A DNA stretch of 63,711 nt, filler included, from Reticulomyxa filosa (lineage: Eukaryota; Protista; Foraminifera), in NCBI GenBank assembly GCA_000512085.1. It is 18 parts of 18 records of this genome, joined end to end, with 100 filler letters (N's around TTAATTAATTAA, not from the genome) between each part and the next. Parts side by side here need not be neighbours in the genome. Positions count along the whole stretch, not along the records: positions 44,460 to 57,241 come from ASPP01020340.1; positions 57,342 to 60,038 come from ASPP01020124.1; positions 60,139 to 61,880 come from ASPP01042839.1; positions 61,981 to 63,711 come from ASPP01018551.1; 14 more parts are not named here. One strand, written 5' to 3'. A program made the position numbers and the translations under genes. Shown piece after piece: positions 51,703 through 63,711 of this stretch. Below the pieces are notes generated by a model. That model saw only the letters and a list, made by a program, of their open reading frames with translations. It ran no database searches and was not told the DNA's origin. Position 1 is the first letter of the stretch; every line of letters starts with the position of its first letter.

Positions 51703-52084
51703 TTTTTTTTTATTTTTTTTTTGGTTTTTTTGTTGAAAACAAGACGGAAAAATATGCTTGTGTGAAAAACGAAATCAAAACTCCAGTGCACTTGTAGCAA
51801 ATCCCTTTTTTTTTTTGGTTTGATTTGATATCCTTTTTTTGTCGCTGTTATTGTTTACAAAGCTCTTGCGTTGTTTTTCACTCTTTTGTGATTGTGGTGT
51901 GCTTTATTGGACAAGTTCGATGCAATAATAAACTGTTTTTACTTTAACTATACCATTGTGCAAACTTGCAGTCTTTTTTTTTACTAAACTTTTTCGGTCT
52001 CGACATAAAGTTCATTGAACTTTTCTATTTGGGCGATTCTTGGAACTCCCGCGCTAACGACAAATCACATTTCTGAGTGAGAAC

Positions 52085-54108
52085 ATGACATCAATAGGCA
52101 TTCCAGGCCATCGTGGCTATGCTGTCGCCAAAGAAATAGCCAAAGAACTTCCGCATAAATGGAATAGCACTTACTTGTACCGTGACTTTTTGCGGGTGAT
52201 TACGAGGAAGTATGACGAGCCCATGCGCAGCCGGTATAAGGCTCTATTACGAAAGTCCTTCGATTCGCTTGAATGGGTGAATGAAGAGGCGCGACTAAAA
52301 ATGATGGGCAGGTTTATTTCTCTCACAAAAAAAAAAAGCATTTTTCCCCTTTTTTTTTATCAATGAAATTTCTGGAAATTAAATAGCAAGTCTAATCTAC
52401 GAAACAAATGCATGTGTGTATGTGTATGACAAACAGTGGACCAATGGCCTTGGGCTCTCTATCCATTGAAGAAGAGCTTTACATTCAGGGCAATAAAAAT
52501 CCTGAACACCCGGGACGCTATGAATTTTGGGACAAAATCGCGTCTGCATTGAATCACAATATCTATCATTCAAAGGCGTTTGTAGTTCAAAGGGATCTGT
52601 GGTATTACTTTGGCATATCTGACAACCAACAAAACCTGCTGTTTACCAAAATACAAAAAATGGCCAAGTCGATGAATGAGCAATATACGCAAGAGTCCAA
52701 CTTTGAAAAAATTGTTTCGTCCATTCGTTTGTTCGTTTTGTTTGTGAAGAAGTGAGACCTTGGTGCATAAATTGTTTGCACAAACAAAACAAATGTAGGC
52801 AGCACGTGAATGGCTTTTGAAACGAATGGAGCTGTTTGAAGAGTCCACTAGTCAATCGAATGCATCACAGCAAGGAGCTTTGCAAGACGAGGAGAAGCAG
52901 TCCCAACAACACAAAATCCAAAAAATTTTTGACTATTTGGACACTGACAAAGACGGGTTTATCAACTATCAAGACCTTGTCTCATTCTTGCAGGTTCCCT
53001 TTTTTAAAAAAAAAAATATATATTTATTTATTTGTTTTTTTTACCGTGTTATTATTTGCATTTTTTTTTTTTTTGAACTTTTCTCAAAATTATAATAATA
53101 TCCGATTTGTCAACAGAATGAAAACAGCCATTCTTTTGAACAAATTGACCCACATTTGTTGTACAGTCGAGATAACATGCGGATATATCCCGAGAGCTGG
53201 TATTACATGTGCGATCAGCTGCGTGGAGATGGCGATTACAAACAGGGACTAACTGCGTCGCACATGTGGCAGGCGTATTTAGAATATTCGTTTTTCGATT
53301 TGGACTTCCACTGGGAAATGTTCCGAATTCGTAAAAATGTGATCGACTCTGTGCACAGTGATAGTCACTCCAATGACGACAACTCACGCCATACTGTGTT
53401 TGAAAAAGGAACGAAAAATTATAACTTGTATTGCGACGTCCAATTCAATGTGCCTTCGCCTCATCTCATTGTCAACCACGCCATCGCCAGCGGGTCTCAT
53501 CTTTATTGTCACGAATTTCTGGAAGATCCATGGACTGTCACATGGGACAAGTTGCAAGAAATTCAAGGCAAAATCAATGCCCCTTCTACTTTCCTTCAAT
53601 CCAAAGATGTATGCAAATGTATATATACATATATATCTATTTATTTGTTTTTTTTTAACTTGACTTTCTCTGAATGAATGAATAAATATATGTCTTCTTA
53701 CTGGTTTCTTCACAGAAACGAGAGATTGATGCAAAAGACGTAATGTATTACGACCCCGAAGAACACACGTCCGAAATACTTGCTCATTTACCAAAAGACC
53801 ACGAATGGTGGCATGTTGTGTACGAATGTAAATTAGAGGACTGTCCTTCGGACTGGCTGGATAATACTCTCGCCACTTATGTCAAAAAACAAGCACGAAA
53901 TCCACAACACAGAAATGAACTCATTGAAGAATGGACCTACAATCGCATGGAAAAGTACATGCAAAAATGGATATGGCAGCGCTTTATGCAATTCGGAACG
54001 AGACCTGCTTACGCTACTTGTTGTTGGGATGATCATCGCTTGCTTGGCAGCTGGAAGCGAAAACTTTGTCTTGACAAACATTCAAAAGAAGAAAATTTGC
54101 TTTTGTGA
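52085..54108 (+). CDS. Multi-exon protein with LYR-motif-like N-terminus and EF-hand
   Basis: LYRDFLRVI...YKALLRKSF and IFDYLDTDKDGFINYQDL; collinear exons. Confidence 0.65.
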
Positions 54109-54426
54109 GACATACTTTTTGCATTTTACATTTGTTGTTATGACACAGTTTGTTTTCTAGCCAAACACCTAAGAAAAGTTTTGCTGTAATTTTTCTTATC
54201 TTTTTTTTTAACTCGTTATTTCTTATTTTGGTGTTAGGCCCTTACAGAAACTGAGATGTTTTGCTCTTTCACAAATGCAACAATTTAAGCTATTCATATT
54301 TTTTCTGACTTTTTTGAAAAATCACTAAGGAAGTTATCCTCATCTAAAAGAGACAATAACAAAACACTTTGTTTTTCCAAAGACGGCGCACACATCTTTG
54401 TGATATATGTATAAATTATAGTACGT

Positions 54427-57180
54427 TTATTGAGTGTTGCTTTGTTCTACAAATGAAGTTTCAATTATTTGCATGAGAGTTTGAAAGGATTTCACTTGTT
54501 TAAGAGGTGTTCGTGAGTGATAGTCCACGATACCAATCACTGCTTTCCTCAGGCCTATATGTTGAGCTGTTTGAATACACGGAATTAATCCATTGACAAT
54601 AGTCTATGAAAAAAAGTGCAGTATAGTGTGTCATTTGTATTTGGGACATCTTTTAATGATTACCAAAAAAAAAAGAAAAGATAACCGGAATTCCAAAAGA
54701 AGCATAGAATTGTTTGGATAATGGAGAAATCAAAGCATAAGGCGGAGCATGGACAACTTCGACTTGACGCAATGTCAATTCGCCAAAGTTTTTTCGTTTG
54801 GCAGTTTTGTAGAGTATGTCATTTCCGTCCATTGGTTCAGTGATAGGTATGAATCGCGGACCCAAGCGCTCATCATTTGGTCCAGTTAGACAGCTCCATC
54901 GACTTTCATCCACATAATTAGACACCAAAACAACGCCATTGCGAGGAGGTAAATTAAATTTTTCATTGTCAGTGCCAAGCAGTTCAGTTAAGAATACAAT
55001 ATTTTTAATCCCACATTTCCATAAAACTCGAACAAAAAAGTTCAAATTCCATAAGGAAGGCGAGTATCTGTAGAAATTGCGCAAGGCTTGATCATATGCA
55101 GATCTTTTTTTAATATTTTTTTTTGATGATTCGAAGGGGTCGTTTCCATGCAAATGTTCTTTCATGTTGTCTCGATCCCTTTCAACAAACCATTGGGGAG
55201 CAACAACCGCATAATATTTGCTTTTATCTTGACAATTTTTGTATATTTTTAGTGTCCAATCCAATGGATTGACATTTTGATAATGAAAATGAGTGTAAGC
55301 AACCCCACCACAATAATGATCCATAAACCCTGGAATTTGTGCTAAATTGATTGACAACACCTCTGTACCTTTGTTTTCTTGCTGATACAAAAACGGATGC
55401 GAAAAATGTGAAAACAGTACATTTTCAATTTTTTCGTGTTCCGTATCAAACTTCCATTGCTTTGAAAGCCAGTCACGAGCATTGTTTATCGTTATCCATT
55501 CAATTTCCACATCAAACAATACCTGTTTACAATTTTTTTTTTTTGGATTGTGGAGGTAGTCAATAAATAAACAAATAACAAAAAAAAAACGCAGGTGTAG
55601 TAGAACAACTCACTTGATAAGTAGGAATATTGACCGGAAAATCAACACCTTTGAGGAGTTGCAGCTGCTGTTCGTGAACATAAGACTTTGTGAGAGAGTG
55701 CTGTGTTTTCGATGAAGTAGGCAGCTTTGCAATGAGGTCATTGGATATTTGTTTGATAAAAATAGACACGTCATATATGTTATGTGTGCACTCTTGCATC
55801 ATTTCCAGCGATGACACATGTTGCAAATCACGATAATTGGCGACGAAGGCAACATTGAACCCATCATGTCCCAACTGTCTTGCTAGCACTGCTAACTCGG
55901 GATTGCTGATTCCAACTAATTCGCAATGGGCTTTCTGACAGACGGTTAACTCAGCTTTCGATGGCAATTGTGGTCCAGGCCACCATCCGTATCCGTACGT
56001 CTTTGTTTTGCTTCCATGCTGACAGACGCGGATTTGTATAGATTAATAGACGAATATACAAAATCGCAAAAAAAAAAAAAAAAAAAGAAATCTTAACAAT
56101 GTCAGCAATACAAGAAATGACAGTGGCATAACTACAGTCCGATTTCGTGTGGTCACTTGTCCCTCTCTTGTAATCGAAATGTAACTCTGGAAATTTAGTC
56201 GATTCCTTGAGCTCCTTGTCTGTCTTTTCGGACTCTTCGATGACATTGCTTGGGAACAAAGGGAAGGGATACCGTGGAAATCCTCCGTGAAAATCGATAT
56301 AGTCATGTATCAATGCAAATTGATGCATCGACATCTCGTCGTCTTTTTCTTTTTCTTCATTGCCTTTGCCATTGCCTTTGCCTTTGTCTTTGTCTTTGTC
56401 TTGTTTGTTGTTTTGTGTGACTTTGTCCACTTTCGAACTTTCTTTTTCAAGTGCACTTGCGTCGGCATACATACGATGGCTGTCAAACGCCATGAATAAA
56501 TTCATGAAACACAAGTTGTTGTGTCCAATAACACCATGCAACAAATTGACGATATAATTGTATTCATCAAAACTCAATCCGTCCAACTGAATTTTGTGTT
56601 ATGTTTTGTTATTCTAATAATAATAATAAAATAAAAAAAGAGCCAAATGAAAGAAAGTGGTATCGACAATGAAACGGCATTGTCGTAGTGTATGTGTGTA
56701 GTATTTGTGTAACGGGCAAATTGGCCAACAGCACGATCAATGCGTCTCGACTAAGACCAAACGTCAAAACGGCTCGTTTGGAGCCTGTGCTGAATGCAAT
56801 GGTACTAAATCCAGACAAAAGATTGAGGGGAAATGACAGCGGACAGTCCAACCATTTGCCAACATCAAAGCGAAATGGCTCATGAATGGTCCACACAGGA
56901 ATGGGTCCATTACGATTGGTCAATCGCGACACGCAATGTTCAGACAAAGCATATCTCGTGTCCAAACTGACATTGTTGGTCGTGATTGAAGTTTTGTTCG
57001 ACTTTGTGTCGATACGTAAATCCAACACTTTGGTCAAAAAAATGCGAAGATGGTCAATATCCGTACACAAATCTTGATAATGAAACAGGTCGTGATATGG
57101 ATACACTTCGCTGTACCAATTCATTAAATCGTGACTCAACTACATATATTGTGCGATATTTTGCATTATTGCCTATTGCA
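54427..57180 (-). CDS. Divergent tandem purine nucleoside phosphorylase (PNP)-like protein, multi-exon
   Basis: LTGPNDERLGPRFIPITEPMD (PNP GPNDERFGPRF). C-terminal PNP motif appears twice: PSKAEL...ELVGISNPELAVLARQLG...VAFVAN and GLIPCIQTAQHIGLRKAVIGIV. Confidence 0.65.
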
Positions 57181-57405
57181 ACACGTCTATACGTTGAAAC
57201 AAAAAAAGTGGAGGGACAAAAAAAAAAAAAAAAAAAAAAAANNNNNNNNNNNNNNNNNNNNNNNNNNNNNNNNNNNNNNNNNNNNTTAATTAATTAANNN
57301 NNNNNNNNNNNNNNNNNNNNNNNNNNNNNNNNNNNNNNNNNAAAAAAAATAATTTTTTTGGGTCTCACAATTAAAAAAAAAAAAAAAAGGGGGTCTATAC
57401 GACAT

Positions 57406-57990
57406 ACCTGGTGACAGTCCGCCATGGACGCAAAAGATACGACCATTGACAATACAACCAACAGGCAACAGATCAAAGGTATCAGTACAATACCGCCAGA
57501 CATTCGCGTTTCCATATTTTTGAACAACTTCTTCGTAAAAACCATAAACGCGTGTTACTTGGCGCGATTCGTGATTGCCACGTAACAGTGTCACGTGACT
57601 TGGATATTTGGCTTTTAAAGCAAATAGTAGTGACAGTGTCTCTACACTATGATATCCTCGGTCTACAAAGTCGCCCATAAATATGTAATTTGTCGCTGGA
57701 CATTCCCCGCCCACACGAAACAGTTCCAATAAATCTGTGTGCGGTGTGTATTATACCAATGCATTGTATTTTCTTTTCCATTTATTTTTTTTTTATGCTA
57801 TTTTTTTTGGCGTACCATAAAATTGTCCATGAATGTCCCCACATATTGTCACTGGCGCTTTCACTGGTTGTAAGTTCGCTTCTTCCATCAGAATATCTGA
57901 TAATAGTGTACACAAATCTTTAAGATCCGCTTGGGACAGAGGTTTTGCATCCTTCAATTGTTCTATAGCTTTATCTAAATCTAAAGGCAT
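57406..57990 (-). CDS. PPP6C: PPP-family Ser/Thr phosphatase, PP6/Sit4-like, partial
   Basis: GDIHGQ, GDFVDRG, RGNHE and [18 protein letters not shown] and LKAKYP favour PP6 over PP4/PP2A. Confidence 0.85.
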
Positions 57991-58447
57991 TTCTTTTTAC
58001 TTTCAACAAATTGTTGAAATTTTCAAATTTTTTTTTTTTTTGCCTCCTGGAGAACTTAGTTCGAATCAAATGGAACAATAAAACCACAAACTATAAAGCA
58101 GGTCATGTTTTCTTTGATTAAAGGGAAATCTATTCCTCAATTTGAATCTCTCTTTATTTTGGCCGAAGATATATATCCACCAATCCAAGAACTATAAAAT
58201 AGCAATTGTATCGGGTATAACAATGAATTGGTGCAATGATTATTAGGAAATTTCTTAATAAATTCAACATAGTAAATTTTTTTGTTCAACCAAAGAAAAA
58301 TTGTCTAATTTTCAATTATTTCGGTTTAGTTTTATTCTGTTTCAATAACGAGCTACACATGACTCAGTATTAAAAATAGTTATGTATTTCGTGAATAAGT
58401 TTTCATCAGATTAGACAATTGTATTTTAAAACAATTTATTGCTTCAA

Positions 58448-58855
58448 ATGAATTATCCAACGCCTTTTTTAGAAACGTATCAAAGCAAGTCTCACAACAA
58501 AGTACCAACGTTGTTGGGCGGGATATCCCCGAAAGCATGGGCGACAGTCGCTGCACTTGTACTTGCTATTTTATGTGTAATCTCGTGTATACATGCGTGT
58601 TATCGTACTCTCCAAAGACACAGAGCAGCAAGTGGCATTCACGGATTAGACACTGAAAGTGAAATGGACGATTTTTCTCTCGGTTCAGAAAACAGCAAAG
58701 AGAAGAGTTTTCCCAAGGAGGAACATATTATCACAACGAATATCGATAGCACTATCTCGGATAGCGACTCCAGTTCTCTGAACTACAACCATGAAGGCAA
58801 CTTCAATCCTAACCTGGATCCCATTTCTCCACAAAACAACAAGGATGACAGTTAA
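58448..58855 (+). CDS. Small single-pass membrane protein
   Basis: One TM (WATVAALVLAILCVISCI) followed by an acidic, Ser-rich tail. Confidence 0.55.
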   Translation: MNYPTPFLETYQSKSHNKVPTLLGGISPKAWATVAALVLAILCVISCIHACYRTLQRHRAASGIHGLDTESEMDDFSLGSENSKEKSFPKEEHIITTNIDSTISDSDSSSLNYNHEGNFNPNLDPISPQNNKDDS

Positions 58856-59553
58856 GAATTACAATAGTCAAATAAGTAAAGACAATAGTTGTTTTAAATT
58901 TAGAGTCAGCAACAACCCAAGAGATTGTAAAAGTAAAAAAATATGATTAAAAATTGAATATACTATTTTTTTTTAAAGTGTTGTATTTTTTAGAATATCA
59001 CTTGACATAGTTCACTCGTAATTGTTAGTTATATCTTAAACTTGTAGTTGAAAATATGAATGTTTTATTTTCAAGTTTGCATGAAAAAAAGAATTAAATT
59101 GTAGACCAAAATCTAATTTGTTGGAAATTAAAGCAATTTTTTTTTTTTTTGCAAAAGACAAAACACAAAAAAAACTTGAACTTTTGGGTGTTCAAATTCA
59201 ATAAAAAAGGGTGTTTCTCACTTCCAACCCCTTCTTTCAAAGGGGGTGGGAACACAGAATTCACAACTAAATGCAACTTACAAAACGAAATGCATTTTTT
59301 TTTTAGGGATGAAAAAAAGGCAAAAAAAAAAGACATTTGACCAGACTTGCGATTCAACACCGGCAAGTTTACGAATTGGCCATTTTTTGCACTTTATTTT
59401 TAATTACTTTGAAAATGCCAACATGAATGGACGCTAAATACAATTGAGAGATGGCTCACAACTCAAACTTATTTTTTTTCTGTTTTAATTTATAACAAAC
59501 AACAAATAATACTGAATAAACAAATAATAAAAAAAACAATGTAATGGCAATAC

Positions 59554-60010
59554 TCAACGAAGATCATGATTGGAAGGAACTGCGAGTTTGAAGAGTGAAC
59601 GGGAAAAGCCCATTTCATCTTCAACAAGTACTTCAAAAGGTTTATTGTGTTCAAATGTAATATCGGACCAAACCAAATCTTGTGGTTGTTTTTTTTTCTC
59701 CGTGAAACATACACGAATCACGTCCGCTGTTCAAACAATAAGCACAGTTTATGTGTATCGAGTTCTGACCTTTTTTTTTTAAAAAAACAAACAAACAAAA
59801 CTTGGACGCAGTGTCGTTGTCGGGAGAGCTAACGCTGATGACGTAGATTCGTTTGTTAGGGTCCATCCTTTCAAAACAATGGGTTTATTCCATCTGTTCT
59901 GCAATTCAAACCCTACCCAATCTCCTTCAAATTGACACGTCACACAGTCCAAAGGAAACACCGATTGTGATTCAATCGAAGGTTCGCGAATCGATTTCAA
60001 CACTATTGGC
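59554..60010 (-). CDS. Lamin-tail-domain (LTD) protein, C-terminal exons
   Basis: FELQNRWNKPIVLKGWTL...LPTTTLRP spliced to TDVIRVCFTEKKKQPQDLVW follows the LTD consensus. Confidence 0.65.
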
Positions 60011-60566
60011 TATTATTTAGTTTTTAAAAAAAAAAAAANNNNNNNNNNNNNNNNNNNNNNNNNNNNNNNNNNNNNNNNNNNNTTAATTAATTAANNNNNN
60101 NNNNNNNNNNNNNNNNNNNNNNNNNNNNNNNNNNNNNNTGCCTTCTGCTGTTTCTTAAGGGTTTGAACTCTCGTAAAGAGATGTTCTTTCGATGAAATCC
60201 TTACAAACACAATTAAAACAGATACACAGACATAAGTAAAATTATATTGCTCTTCTATGATGAATATTTTTAACTTGAAAATTTTTGCATGTAGAATTGT
60301 TGTTACTGATTATTGTGATGCACAAATATTTTACAAAATATAACATTTATTTTCCATTTCAAAATGTTTCTTATGTAAATTTAAGTTCAGTTTTTCTTTT
60401 TATAAACAAAAGTTCAAGCATTTTTTCATCTTGCATCATCAAAGATTATCTCAAAAGAAAATTAAAAGAAGTTACAAGAATGAACTTAAACTTATCAATG
60501 AAAGTTTAGTCCAACTTGTCTTTAAGTTTTTATTTTATTTATCTTTGTAACATGTAATTGAAACAG

Positions 60567-61310
60567 GCAAAAGAAGAAGAAGAGATTCAATTAATTATTC
60601 ATCATTGGATTCGAACATTCAACATTCAATCAGGATGGGTCAAAGATTTCGATAAGCTCGTTGTCAATTATGTTAGTTCATTTGTTCTTTCTTTTTTTAA
60701 ATGCTATCAAAGTATTCAAATATTTATTTGACATAGGCGTCTACTGACACATTTCATTCATCATCCAAATTAATCAATACATTCACTGGATATACTGATT
60801 CGGTGTATAGTATTGATTTTTCAACATTTGATGATTGTCGATTCATTTGTTCTGGATCACGTGATAAAACAGTTCATGTATGTGATGTTGATAATAACAA
60901 ACAAATTCAATCATTCAATGGACATTCAGATCAAGTGTCTTATGTAAAATTTTCGCAATATTATTATCATAATCATCATCAAAATGTCATTTATTCTTCG
61001 TCGTTTGACAGAACCATTCGTTTTTGTAATATCAAATATAGTCAACAATTACAAATCTTCAATGGACACACTGACAATGTTTGTAGTATTGAATTTTCAC
61101 CATTTAATGGTGGCAGATATTTGTGTTCTGGATCATATGACGAAACAACCTTTATGTGATGCTGAAACATCCAAATCATTACATGTTTTCAATTGACATT
61201 CAATATATGTTTGGTGTATCGATATTTCACCATTACAAAGCAACAACAGCAGCAATGAAAGTAATAATATTAGTGTGATTGGTGGTAATGGATATACTAT
61301 TTGTTCATCG
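60567..61310 (+). pseudogene. WD40-repeat pseudogene
   Basis: IIHHWIRTFNI..GWVKDFDKLVVNY leader followed by WD40 repeats with frameshift and stop. Confidence 0.85.
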
Positions 61311-61980
61311 CAAACTATATTTTAAAACATCAAAATACGATGTTGTTATCTATCTGGAGCCACAAGATCTCAACCCACCACTTTGAATACCCGTCTGGAA
61401 CCCAAGTAATAACTACCAACTCCAAATACCATAACTTCCACATCTCGATACTACACAAATATCAACGGTAATCCCATCACTGGCATCTTGGAGGCCGAAC
61501 GACACTACGCTTTTGATACAAAAAAAAAAAAAGAGAAAGTTCATTCTTAACAGTACCTTTGTATTTTTTTGCATTTTTGTCAAAGCAAAAAAGTTAAATC
61601 TTTCATTAGTTGATTTATTGCTTGAAAATGTTATTAAAGATTGCTTTTTCGGAATTAATTTCAATTAAATTTTTGAAATTGTTGTCTCCCACTATCAAAG
61701 ACAGAGTTGCATGACAATCCTTACTCTCAAAGCTTAATTAACACAGTGCCTTAAAAGAAATTAGCCTTTTACGTTGCATATGTTTTGAGAAAATTAGATT
61801 TCTTTTCTCCAACAATACAATTATTCAATAGATTACTTATGTATGATTTTCAATCCAAAAAAAATCTAGTCGTGCCAAAANNNNNNNNNNNNNNNNNNNN
61901 NNNNNNNNNNNNNNNNNNNNNNNNTTAATTAATTAANNNNNNNNNNNNNNNNNNNNNNNNNNNNNNNNNNNNNNNNNNNN

Positions 61981-62460
61981 TGTTTGAAATCCCAAAAACG
62001 AATTGTTTTGTCATATGATGAAGAGCAAATGACATTTTGACGATGGTTATGATAATGATATGATGAAAATTTCACACAATACACATCAGATGAATGCCTA
62101 TTGGATGATTGAATTTGTTTGTTGCTATCAACATCCCATACACGAACAGTGTTATCAAGTGATCCAGAACAAATGAATTGACAATCACCAAATATTGAAT
62201 AATCAATACTATTCACCGAATTAGTATGTCCAGTAAATGTATTGATTAACTTGGATGATGAACGAAATGTGTCAAACATGAAGACAGTGGATACCTATGT
62301 TAAATAAATATTTGAATGTTTTGATTTGCATTTAAGAAAAGAAAGAACAAATAAACTAACATAATTGACGACGATTTTATCAAAATTTTTGATCCATCCT
62401 AATTTAATGTTCAATGTTCGGATCCAATGATGAATAATAATTTGGGTCTCTTCTTCTTTT
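61981..62460 (-). CDS. WD40-repeat protein, partial
   Basis: IIIHHWIRTLNIKLGWIKNFDKIVVNY leader exon; FTGHTNSVNSIDYS...CSGSLDNTVRVWD. Confidence 0.88.
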
Positions 62461-63711
62461 GACTATTTTGATCATAAAGCAAAATGATAAAAACAATAAT
62501 AATAAACCTAAAGAAAACAACTTAAACGAAACTTTCATTACTAAGGCAAAGTGTCTCTTTTTTTCCTTGAGATGATCTTTGATGAAATTTTTTTTAAGCT
62601 CACGAAGGGTTAATAAAATTGAAGTGAATTTCTTTTATAAATTTTGTAAAAAAATAAATGTTTCATTTTGTAAAATATTAACTATACAAAGAGAATATGA
62701 TGAAAAAAATGAAAGACTTATAAATTTCTTGGTCATTGAATTTGGAGGCATTCTTTGTTCAATTTTTTTCATTGTTTTCTTAATTTTTTTTATGACAAAG
62801 AGCTCTTCAAAATTACTTTTTTTTGCAAATATGCAATTAGTCTATAAATACGTTCAGAAAAACATAGCAATGATTTTGTCGCAATTTGGTGAACAATAAA
62901 AGAAAAATTGGATAATTTTTCATTGTTCATCCAATCTCTCAAAAGTTCAAAATATTAACACTTTAATGCACTTTCCTTGTCACAATAATTTCCAAAAACA
63001 TAAAAGATTGAACAAAATTTACTTTTTTTTGCCAGTCAAAAGGTGTGAAAATTTTTTTTTTTGATTTGTTTGTATTTACGACAAGCATTCAAGGTATATT
63101 GCAACGTTTTATTTATAGATTTGATAAATAGAAATTTTTTGAATCTTTTCAAATAATGCACCCACCAACTATGTTTTTTTTCCTAAAAGAAAATTCTACA
63201 TGACTATTTTTAGGTGTAACATGTTATATAAACTTCATTGTTGAACTCTCAGATAAAATGATAAATGTATTACACAATGAAAGTAAGATATAAATTCATT
63301 TTTACAAACAAACAGATTATCAAATTTAATTCAAAAGAAGATGAATAATGCTTCATTTTTTTAATTTTCCATGTTTTTGAATTTGATGTTTTTATTTTTT
63401 TTGGAAAGACAAAAGTGCAATATACTTATTATTGTTCGGTGACTCAAACAAAATACAAATTACTTCTTTTCACAAGAACTAATTAATAAACTTGATACAG
63501 AATTGAACTAATATTTTTTTTTTCGCGAGATATCTCGCTTGATTAGTAAAACAAAAAATTGAACATAATTGAATAAAAAAAGCTAGTTGTCACATCGTGC
63601 TTTAGAAAAATTTTATAAAATGTTTTCAATATACGTAGTGCAAAACAAAACATCACATAATCCAACCAGTGGCATTTTGGAAAGAGGGACACTTGGACTA
63701 CTCAAATATAC

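Overview
This window is not one locus. It is about 18 short contigs joined by artificial 100-nt N/TTAATTAATTAA/N spacers. All but one come from an AT-rich, intron-containing eukaryote. The expanded WD40 and RING/TRAF-like families and the homopolymer/microsatellite introns resemble a foraminiferan such as Reticulomyxa (inference). One GC-rich contig (36510-38067) is bacterial and carries MarC, SemiSWEET and TSUP genes. The main candidate system is at 1-4031: two 2'-5'-oligoadenylate-synthetase (OAS)-like nucleotidyltransferase genes arranged head-to-head as a large palindrome. The left copy has a SAM-like exon that splices in frame but has both DxD catalytic aspartates changed to Asn. The right copy keeps DxD, lacks the SAM exon core through an in-frame indel, and is frameshifted. 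Other highlights are an intron-containing, probably mitochondrion-targeted homologue of the bacterial phosphonate ammonia-lyase PbfA, a ~340-nt structured RNA candidate, a Tc1/mariner-like MITE, a tandem degenerate PNP protein, a lamin-tail domain and LINE remnants. Housekeeping fragments include GGC1, eIF3d, LYAR, Nup96, TTLL and PP6. All family calls come from motif recognition by eye, not from database searches.
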